Assembly (NCBI RefSeq): GCF_006345805.1
Contig: NC_043005.1
Location: 58,094,001 to 58,158,000, forward strand
DNA from: Octopus sinensis
Taxonomy: Eukaryota
DNA length: 64,000 nt
Reading direction: 5' to 3'
The notes beneath the pieces are model-generated. The model saw only the letters and a program-made list of their open reading frames with translations. It made no database searches and had not been told where the DNA came from. The translations under genes were made by a program, and so were the position numbers. This document shows positions 54,661-64,000 of this stretch, one piece after another (the stretch's first letter is position 1; each line of letters begins with the position of its first letter).

Positions 54661-54725
54661 TATGTAGTATATCACAAAACTTCTGATAAACTGGCTCTAA
54701 TAAAAAACACTAGATGTATGTATGC

Positions 54726-54759
<34 letters not shown>

Positions 54760-55399
54760 CATCATGTAACGCCTGTTGTCCATGCTGGCATAGGTTGGAT
54801 GGTTTGACTGGGCTGGCATGCTGCGCCAAGATCCAGTCTGATTTGGCATGGTTTTCTATGGCTGAATGCCCATCCTAATGCCAACCACTGAGAGTGTAAT
54901 GGGTGATTTTACATGCCACTGGCATGGGTGCCATTTGCAGTATCTACCACAATTGCAATTTTGCTCGGCTCAATGGGTCTTCTTTTCAAGCATGACATAA
55001 TGCCAAAGGTCTTGGTCATTGCCTCCATGAGGACGAACACTTGAAGGGAGCTTGACCATTTGCCTCCATGAGGCCTGTTTGAAAGGAACTCAGCGACTTT
55101 GCCTCTATGAAGCTTAACACTCAAAAGGAACTTATCCACTTTGCCTCCATGAGGCCCAATGCTTAAAAGGAACTCAGCCACTTTGCCTCTGTTAGGCCCA
55201 ATGTACTGTAACTACTATGAATTATTAGCAAACATACCATGGAAACTATACTGAGTTTCGTGGTCCTACATTACTCTTTTAGACTTCGTGTCTCTACCTT
55301 TTTTGTTTGGATTATATCAAGTGTTATTATTTATGTTTATATCATAACACCTATCACTTAATGATCTGAGTGAAAAGTAGATTTTTTTATGCTTGTGTG

Positions 55400-55585
55400 T
55401 TATCCTTATTCTAGCAGCTACACTTTCAGAGCACCCACCCCCACTACTGACTTGGTCACCTAGGTAACAGAAGCTATCAACTACTAGTTTTTCTCCCTGG
55501 AATGTGGTAGAGGTTGTTCTCTGCACAATTTCAGTGTTTATTGCTCCTGAGCATCTGCTACATACAAAAACTATCTTCCAATTTT
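55400..55585 (-). mobile_element. RTE-LINE reverse transcriptase fragment
   Basis: GEKLVVDSFCYLGDQVSSGGGCSESVAARIR contains the FxYLG motif. Confidence 0.85.
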
Positions 55586-56818
55586 ATAAATATGCCTGTT
55601 CAAGTATCATAATAGCATGAAACTTAGCTTGTTTAGTTGTGTATTTAATCTGATATATATAAATAATAATAACAGAAGCGAAATTCTGTCTCTCCATCTG
55701 AGACCCCTATATCTCAACCTAAATTTGCTCTACATAGACATAACGTTTTGGAATCAGGATTGAAAATCTGCCCTTCATTTGGGTTTTTGAACATCCAGCA
55801 TTGATTTAAAAGCATTTGGGTTGCTATTTCTAGCAGGTAAAGCTTGACTGATTCACGCCATCTTGGATGGCGTTGGTCAGATGACAGAGATGAAGAGAGA
55901 GATAAATAACATTCGCTTTGCTAATTTTATATCAAAATAAGAACTTTGGGACAAATTGGAAAACAGTTGGAATTCAACATGAGACTGGAACAATGATGGC
56001 ATTACAGAGTTTTCATGTGTGTGACAGTGAGCTGTCTTTTGAATCTCATGTGTCAGCATCTGGTGTTTGATTGTGTTTCACATATGCCTCTGTGTGTGTG
56101 TGTTGGATTTTGTGTATGTACGTGTATGCATCTTGGAAATTCTGCTCACGTGCTTGAGTTTTTTTCTTTCCTTTTCTTTTTTGTTTTTTGTACATGTCCG
56201 AGTATTTTTGCATGCTTAGTAGATTAATGTGGTTGTCTGAGATTGAGTCTGCAAGTGAGTTTTTTTTTTTTTTTTCAAAGAACAATGTTAATAGTCCAAG
56301 AAGAAAAAAAAATGACAAAAAACAATAACAAAAAAAAAACCCAAAAAAACAAACAACAAACAAAAAACAGAATTCTCATTTGTTAATGCCACTAACAGCT
56401 GTTCATGTGTTCCACTTTATTCTGTAGGTGTTCAGTAATGGCAGAACCTGGGTTTTGTTTAAATACTGGATGACTCAACACTTGCTTGAAGAGGTTAATG
56501 TTTTCCAACCTGAAACAGTTAAAAGTAAAAATCAAAATCAACAACCATCATCATCATCATCATTTAACATCTATTTTTCCATGCTTGCATGGGTTGGATG
56601 CAGTTTGTTGTGGTGGATTTTTTTACAGCTGGATGTCTTTCTTGTTGCCAACCTTCACTGGTTTCCAAGTAAGGTGATATTTTCCCTTGACTAGGTGTAT
56701 TTCACGGAAGAGAGGAAATGAAGGACACCATTTCCATGTCAGTGACATTCATTTGTAACTGTCACAAAAAGTCAAGGCAAGGAGACAGTAAAACATGTAT
56801 GCACACACACACACACAC

Positions 56819-56849
<31 letters not shown>

Positions 56850-57595
56850 ACAACCTCAGTCAGTTTCCATAAACCAAATTCACTCACAAAGCTTTTTTTG
56901 GTGAGATATAGTAGATGAGGCTTGCCCAAGATGTCATGCCACGAGATGGAACTCAGGACCCTGTAGTTGGGAAGAAAGTTTCTTATTTCTTTATTGCCCA
57001 CAATGGGCTAATCATAGAGGAGACAAACAAGGACAGACAAAGGGATTAAGTCGATTACATCAACCCCACTGCATAATTGGTACTTAATTTATCGATCCTG
57101 AAAGGATGAAAGGCAAAGTCGACCTCAGCGGAATTTGAACTCCGAAATACTGCTAAGCATTTCACCTGGCATGCTAACATTTCTGGCAACACCTGTACCT
57201 ATAAAGAAACACACCAACTTATACAGACACAAAATCATCATTTAACATCCATTTTCCATACTGGCATGGGTGGGAGGGTTTGGCAGGAGTTGGCCAGCTA
57301 GAGAGCTACACCAGGCTCCATTTGTTTATTTTGGCATGGTTTCTATGGCTGGATGCCCTTCCTAATGCCAACCACTTTACAGGGTGTACTGGGTGTTCTT
57401 TACACGGTGCCAACCTGGATGCTTTTTATATGGCTCTAATAGAAGACATTTGCTCAAGCTGTCACACAGTGGAACTGAACCTGAGACAATCTGGTCAGAA
57501 AGCAAACTTCTTACTACACAGCCATGCCTTACAAAATACAAAATATAGCAAAATACAGAAGCAAGCAAGAATTGATAAAATGCAGTAAGACTTAC

Positions 57596-57640
57596 ATTTC
57601 CTTTCGACGGGACTTTAACTTCACAGGTGGTTTATATGGC
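57596..57640 (-). CDS. RhoGAP gene coding exon (PYKPPVKLKSRRKE; 45 nt, phase 2->2)
   Basis: Acceptor tgtttgttttaattgtttag|G and consensus donor GAAAT|gtaagt; open frame continuous with the upstream exon. Confidence 0.8.
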
Positions 57641-58159
57641 CTAAACAATTAAAACAAACATATATAGTCAACAATAGGGACATATTTTGACAGAAGACTG
57701 CAAAAGAGCAACATGCTTGTATGGCATTCATTTACAATTAGAAAACAATGATAAGTATCCAGAAACTCACAATCGGATATATAATGGGCTTCTTTCAGTT
57801 CCTATCTCCCAAATCGACTCAGAAGGAATTTTTTGATCCAGGGTTACAGTAGAAGACACTTGCCCAAGGTGCCTATCAGTAGGATTGAACTTGAAACCCT
57901 TAATCCTAAAGCCATGTCATCACCTCAAACGTGAATAATACAAAGTGGAGAGAAGTTATGGAAGAGGGAAACTAAGGAAAACATGGCACAAAGTATTGTA
58001 GGCCAATCTCAAAATGCCGAGCATTACAAAGGAGGTGACAGAGGACTGAGATATGCAGTGCATTGCTGTACTCAAGAACACCTGCCCACAACAACACAAC
58101 TGATATCCTAAAACCAAGGTGCCATGTAACAAGCATTGGTGTTGATACTGATGCCAAAT

Positions 58160-58865
58160 GAAAAGCACTAGTGCTGGTGTCACGTAAGGAGCACTGGTGG
58201 TGATGCCATGTAAAGAGCACTGGTGGTGGTGCCATGTAAAGAGCACTGGTGGTGGTGCCATGTAAAGAGCACTGGTGGTGCCACGTAAAGAGCACTGGCG
58301 GTGGTGCCACGTAAAGAGCACTGGCGGTGGTTCCACGTAAAGAGCACTGGTGGTGATGCCATGTAAAGAGCACTGGTGGTGGTGCCATGTAAAGAGCACT
58401 GGTGGTGGTGCCATGTAAAGAGCACTGGTGGTGCCACGTAAAGAGCACCGGCGGTGGTCCCACGTAAAGAGCACCGGCGGTGGTCCCACGTAAAGAGCAC
58501 CGGCGGTGGTGCCACGTAAAGAGCACCGGCGGTGGTGCCACGTAAAGAGCACCGGCGGTGGTGCCACGTAAAGAGCACCGGCGGTGGTGCCACGTAAAGA
58601 GCACCGGCGGTGGTGCCACGTAAAGAGCACCGGCGGTGGTGCCACGTAAAGAGCACTGGCGGTGGTGCCACGTAAAGAGCACTGGCGGTGGTGCACGTAA
58701 AGAGCACTGGCGGTGGTTCCACGTAAAGAGCACTGGCGGTGGTTCCACGTAAAGAGCACTGGCGGTGGTTCCACGTAAAGAGCACTGGCGGTGGTGCCAC
58801 GTAAAGAGCACTGGCAATGGTGCCACGTAAAAAGCACTGGTGATAGTGCCACGTAAAAAGCACCC
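58160..58865. repeat. 26-bp GC-rich minisatellite (about 27 units, GAGCACYGGYGGTGGTGCCAYGTAAA) expanded inside an RTE-derived repeat (about 57950-59015)
   Basis: gagcac recurs at 58215 and 58241; the 26-aa periodicity in all three minus frames equals 3 units. The flanks are RTE ORF2-end and 3' UTR-like. Confidence 0.95.
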
Positions 58866-60671
58866 AGTACATGTGCTAAATTGTTTGGCACCAGGTGGCT
58901 CATGTAGCCATAGAAACCAAGCCAAAACAGACTTGGTGCGGGTCCTGTCAAGCCATCCAACCCATGCCAGCTTGGAAAATAAGCATTAAATGTTGATGAT
59001 GACTGATGATGATGAGCCATAGTTTTCTATATTTCATAGTTAATTTTCCCCTAAATAACAGCTTTCTTTTTAGAAGAAAAAAAACTTTCCCAGTAAAGTG
59101 CACTTATTTTAATAATTGATCTCTAGAGTGTTCTAAGGTCAAACAGATTAAGAAACCCTGATCTGAATTAATTTTAGTTCCAATTTCAATTTTAAATGAT
59201 TTTTGACAAATTGTTGTCATATGATGATTCTTTTGTTGGAAACAAAGTGCCTTTTATTTTCATTTTTTTCTTAAGCAGCTGAATTATTATCCAGTCTCTT
59301 TCTGTAGTGAGTCATGAAAGAAAACTCTTTCTCGTTCCAGACTGTGGCCATGTTGGGGCATCACCTTGAAGAATTTTAGTTCAATGAATTAACCCAGTAC
59401 TTGTATCTAGGAATCCATTAGCCAAAGTAACATTGTGCAGGTTACGCAACTGTGTGTATAATCCACTATAGGAACAAAGCCTGAAATTGTTAGGGGTGGG
59501 CAGGGATGCAGAGGCTGAACAATTAATTCAACCCCCAGGGCTCAACTGCTACTTATTTTGTCCAGCTTAAAAGGATGAAAGGCAAAGCTGACCTCGGCAG
59601 AATTTGAATGCAGAATGTAAACGGTAAAGACCTCCTTCGGTTATGCATGGCTATGGGATTGCACCTAGAAAATTCCCCTCCATAGGCACAAGTCCAGGCA
59701 AATTTGTGTATGGAAGACCAGCAATCACCCATGCATACCAGTCTCCCTTTTCCACGCCACTGATGTTATCCAAGGGAAAGGCAAACACAGATACAGCTTG
59801 GCACCAGTGATATCGCAATTCATTTCTACAGCTGAGTGAAGTGGAGCAACATGAAATAAATTGTCTTGCTCAAGAACACAAAACAAATTGTAAACCCAAC
59901 ACACTAACCACTGAGTTATGTGCCTTCATGCAGAATGTAAAACCTAAAGAAATGCTGCTAAGTGTTTTGTCTGGTTTGATAATGATTCTACCAGCTTTCC
60001 AACTGTATAAGGCAACTCATATGCCATTGTGGGCAGAGCATAGGCGTAAGAGTGGTTGTGTGGTAAGTAGCTTGCTTACCAACCACATAGTTCTGGGTTC
60101 ATTCCCACTGCATGGCACCTTGGGCAAGTGTCTTCTACTATAGCCTCGGGCCGACCAAAGCCTTGTGAGTGGATTTGGTAGACGGAAACTGAAAGAAGCC
60201 TGTTGTATATATGTATATATATATGTATGTGTGTCTGTGTTCGTCCCCCCAACATCGCTTGACAACCGATGCTGGTGTGTTTATGTCCCCATAACTTAGC
60301 AGTCTGGCAAAAGAGACCGATAGAATAAGTACTAGGCTTACAAAGAATAAGTCCTGAGGTCGATTTACTCGACTCAAGGTGGTGCTCCAGCATGGCCACA
60401 GTCACATGACTGAAACAAATAAAAGAGTAAAAGAGAAAGAGAGAGAGAGGAGTGAAACTTGTTTATCAACTGAGCAAATTGAGGTAAGCAGAGATAGTAT
60501 ACAAAGACTAGGGTTAGTATGGCTTGAATTCAAGACCCTGTGAGCTGTAGTAGTCTGACAGCTTAATTCTTTCGTAATCATATTTCTAAAGGAATATACA
60601 CCCTATGTTTTCCAATTAATTTTGAAAATAAGAATTTGAATGGATTTAGCTCAATAACCTTGTTTTGTTAA

Positions 60672-60898
60672 ACCTTTTAATGCTAACCCAGCCCAAGACT
60701 ACTCTTGCTTCCATGATGCAAATTTTCTCTTGGTTTAAAAAGATCTAAATTAAAATTTTCCATCAAAATTCAAATGTTATTTTATGTTCCAAAATCCAGC
60801 TTCATAATGACAGAGTTGTTTTATTAAATTCTTCAGTATCTTCAAAATCAATTGAAACAAAGGCAGTGTATTTCAACAGAAATATGGCAATAAAAGGC
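60672..60898. mobile_element. Second TTAA-flanked MITE-like element
   Basis: ttaa|accttttaatgc...gcaataaaaggc|ttaa. Confidence 0.45.
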
Positions 60899-61142
60899 TT
60901 AAGCTGGTATTCAGAACATAACAAAAAGCTTTTCCATAAATTTTGATGAAGGGTTTTAATTTTCATTAGTGAACAATTTAAAATGAACAGTTTTAAACCA
61001 GAGATATCTCAGGTGAGTTAGTATCACAAGGGTTAATCTCATAGCCATTGTGCCTCAAAAGAGATTAAAGGTGGGATTGTGAAGAAGAATACAAGAACAG
61101 AAACCACAAAAAAACAAACAAACAAAAAGCAAGAACACTCAC

Positions 61143-61308
61143 AATGGTTTTTCTTCAGCTGTTTCCTTTTTTGTCGTAAAAGTGGGCAGGCTGTCTTTCA
61201 TATCAGTCAAATCACCCACAACTGGTGTGTTCTTCATTTGTTTACGCTGAATTTTCTTCAACAGCATTTCTTTAGCTTGTAATTTCTGGGTACAGATGGA
61301 ATTTATTT
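61143..61308 (-). CDS. RhoGAP gene coding exon (INSICTQKLQAKEMLLKKIQRKQ...ETAEEKP; 166 nt, phase 1->2)
   Basis: Acceptor gtattgctctttttcag|AA and donor CCATT|gtgagt. Lies inside ORF 61139-61336 and joins exon 57596-57640 in frame (TT|G = Leu). Confidence 0.8.
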
Positions 61309-62722
61309 CTGAAAAAGAGCAATACATTGAAGACAATTAATTAAAAGGCAGAGAAATTAATAAAAGGAAAGAATATCCAATTTCAATTGAAAAACAACCC
61401 TCGAAAATCCAGAAAAAAAAGAAAGAAAGAAAAAGAAAATGGTGGTGGTGGTGGCAGTAGAAGTGCATGGAAGAAAAATTTGTATTTTATACAAAAATGG
61501 ATATGGTATTCTTTTATCCTTTACTTGTTTTAGTCATCTGACTGTGGGCACGATAGAGCATTGCTTTGAAGAATTTTAATTGAATGAACCAACACTAATA
61601 CTTACTTTTCAATGTCTGGTATTTATTCTATCTGTTTCTTTTGCCAAATTGATAAGTTACAGGGACATAAACACACCAACACCAGTTATCAAGCAGTGGT
61701 GGGAGAGCAACATAGTCACAAAGACATGTATATGTATGTGTGCACGCATGCATGCACACACATACACACACTGGGCTTCTTTTAATTTCCATCTACCAAA
61801 TCCACTCATATGGTTTTGGTCAGCTTGAGGTTGTATGTAGTAGAAGACACTTACCCAAGGTGCCTCACAGTGAGACTGAACACAGAACCATGTGGTTGGG
61901 AAGCAAACTTCTTACCACACAGCCATGCTTGTGCCTATATTGCTGAAGGAACTTGCGATTCTGTTTTAGACAATGGTCGAGAGATATGACAGACATCTCT
62001 CATTAATAAGATTTGTTCAAGCTCTTGCATTCTGAGTTCAAATCTCACCATAGCCTACTTGGGTGACAGACTGAATCCATTGCCTAGTTTAAGACCACCA
62101 CCAGGCACCTTGATGCCTTTAGCAGAGTCCACTCTATTACAAGCATTTAACTGTCACAAATAGCCTACCAGAATATTGTAAACTGGGCCAAATATTCTAC
62201 CTGCTTTGAGCACAAACTGGCCAGACCCTACTTCTCACACCTATTTTACAATGTCATTCTAAAAATAAACAATCACATCATTGTAATCTTGAAGTTATGA
62301 AACAGGGTAACCATGTCTCTCCTCTACAACGAAACACCTGTTTCTATCCTTCTGTCACACAAGGCCACCTCCTCCAATACCCCCACCCCTCAGAGGGTGA
62401 GTTATTTGGCACCTTAGCTGTTTAACTCTGGGCCAGCTCTGAATGAACAAACCTATGATAAAATGAGGTTAGGGTATAATGTATTTATTGACTATGCAAC
62501 TGAAATATTTTCTCCCTTTTTAAAAAAAAAGAAGTTAATAAGCGCAGGAGTGGCTGTGTGGTAAGTAGCTTGCTAACCAACCACATGGTTCTGCGTTCAG
62601 TCCTACTGCGTGACACCTTGGGCGAGTGTCTTCTACTATAGCCTCAGGCTGACCAAAGCCTTCTGAATAGATTTGGTAAATGGAAACTGAAAGAAGCCCA
62701 TCATGTGTGTATGTGTATATAT

Positions 62723-62759
<37 letters not shown>

Positions 62760-62830
62760 GTGACCTCGTGTGTACCATTGGTGATTTTTTTTCCTCTGTC
62801 TTCCCTTCTCTGGATCTTTCCTTCTCCTAT

Positions 62831-62865
62831 GTTTCCGACGAAGAGCTCTGCTCGAAACGTTAAAC
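62831..62865 (+). ncRNA. Minimal type-I hammerhead-like motif in a Penelope-like insert of about 195 bp (62760-62955) within a SINE-A (TA)n tract
   Basis: GTTT-CCGACGA-A-GAGC-tct-GCTC-GAAA-CG-TT-AAAC: stems I and II are intact and helix III is the palindrome AACGTT. Confidence 0.6.
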
Positions 62866-63643
62866 CCTTCTTCTTTCCTGAGCGTCCAATAATACTATAT
62901 TTGTTCCACGTCCTCGCGTTGTTGTGTTTTTTTGTGTTTTCTTGTTTGGATTAACTATATATGTGTGTGTGTGTTTGTCTCCTCACCAATGCTTGACAAC
63001 TGAGGCTGGTGTGTTTACGTCTCCGTAACTTAACGGTTTGGCAAATGAGACTGATAGAATAGGTACTAGGCTTACAAAGAATAAGTCCTGAGGGTCGATT
63101 TGCTCGACTAAAGGTGGTGCTCCAGCATGGCCAGTCAAATGACTGAAACAAGTAAAAAGAAAAAAAAAAGAATAAAAAGAACAGTGATTAGAAGACAAGT
63201 TGAAGTAGATTGTGCAACAGCTTGGAGGCTTCACACATTTGTTCAACAATCCTTACTGTTACAAGAGGGCCTAATTCATGGATGATACAGGGTTAGACGA
63301 CAAAATAGTGTTTTAATGACTTTCTCATTAAAACTCAATTTCAGATAATTTGTTTTTAAAGTAAATTGGAGAACAATTACTCTACTCTCTTAAGAATTGT
63401 TTTCATTTTACTTCTGAACTCAATTAAGTGATTTAAGAGAAAAAAAAAAAAATCCTTTCTTGTCGATTCAGTCTGAAATCTTATTTGAAGATTAAACCAG
63501 GATTAAATAGAGGCTATGAATTTAAATAATTAACTGGCATTGATATAATGACTATATGACAATACGCACACACAAATTTATGTCAAATATTAGTCTGAAA
63601 AATAATTAACTGCTTAACCCTTTCAATAGATGCTTAGTCTTAC

Positions 63644-63701
63644 CGACATCAGGGGGAATGTAGAAGTCGTGACATTCCAGTCTTTCTTGAGCATTAGTAA
63701 T
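63644..63701 (-). CDS. RhoGAP gene, upstream-most well-supported coding exon (ITNAQERLECHDFYIPPDV; 58 nt, phase 0->1); may extend 5' to an ATG at 63785
   Basis: Minus-strand acceptor ttattctcttctgtccattctacatcttaag|ATT and donor GTCG|gtaaga. The frame is open, and the phase-1 exit joins exon 61143-61308 in frame (G|AA = Glu). Confidence 0.6.
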
Positions 63702-63800
63702 CTTAAGATGTAGAATGGACAGAAGAGAATAACTGAGTTCAATGATGAAAATAGCAGTTTCAACAAACACTATAGTTCTGGTCATTCATTGCATTTATAC

Positions 63801-63899
63801 CTATCTCTGATTTAACTTCATTTATCCTTTGAATCAAGGCAGCTTTGGGGGATAAAGGTGAAGCAGATAGATGTTGCACAACTTTCCTTTCGCATAAAT
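63801..63899 (-). CDS. Candidate alternative exon of the RhoGAP gene (LCERKVVQHLSASPLSPKAALIQRINEVKSEI; 99 nt, phase 1->1)
   Basis: cag|AT...ATAG|gtataa with a single open frame. It is frame-compatible with exon 61308 but not with exon 63644-63701, and the pyrimidine tract is weak. Confidence 0.3.
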
Positions 63900-64000
63900 C
63901 TGATTTCCATTAAGTAATAATATCACAGGCTGTTATGGTCATCATCCTCCAATGAATGTACAAACAAGGATACTGTGTTCATCATCTTATGGATGGATCA

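Noticed and set aside
58160-58865. CRISPR-like appearance of short palindromic repeats
   Set aside because: The units are contiguous with no unique spacers, the context is eukaryotic, and there are no cas genes.
57956-59020. Three overlapping long ORFs (354, 317 and 230 aa)
   Set aside because: Artefact of a stop-free 26-bp minisatellite; all three frames give the same 26-aa repeat.

Overview
AT-rich, repeat-dense eukaryotic DNA. The SINE, RTE and microsatellite repertoire fits an octopus (coleoid cephalopod) genome; this is my recognition, not a database result. The whole window lies inside one minus-strand gene encoding a RhoGAP-domain protein with a GRAF/oligophrenin-like GAP domain. I recovered eight small frame-compatible GT-AG exons by eye, most of them absent from the ORF track. 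They splice to ...ITNAQERLECHDFYIPPDVEINSICTQKLQAKEMLLKKIQRKQMKNTPVVGDLTDMKDSLPTFTTKKETAEEKPLPYKPPVKLKSRRKEIVVVANTFLSDDGLRYVKRLIKFIEHKGITSTGIYRICGVQSEISEAMNIFSRDDCDKIPDGITAYSVAVALKTYFRNLSEPLLTTEFYWPLMNIS..., and the gene continues past the left edge. The introns contain at least three tRNA-derived SINE families, RTE, CR1 and L1/Tx1 LINE fragments, Penelope-like remnants, Tc1/mariner, Tigger and TTAA-type DNA elements, microsatellites, a 26-bp minisatellite and two local duplications. Three observations stand out. (1) Penelope-like remnants carry minimal hammerhead-ribozyme folds whose 3-8 core pair covaries (C-G, U-A, G-C), and two of these sit inside long fold-back hairpins. (2) The frame requires a phase 2->1 microexon before the GAP domain, and there are several candidates. 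(3) There is a candidate GAP-less terminal exon. All coordinates were counted by hand; repeat boundaries are approximate.
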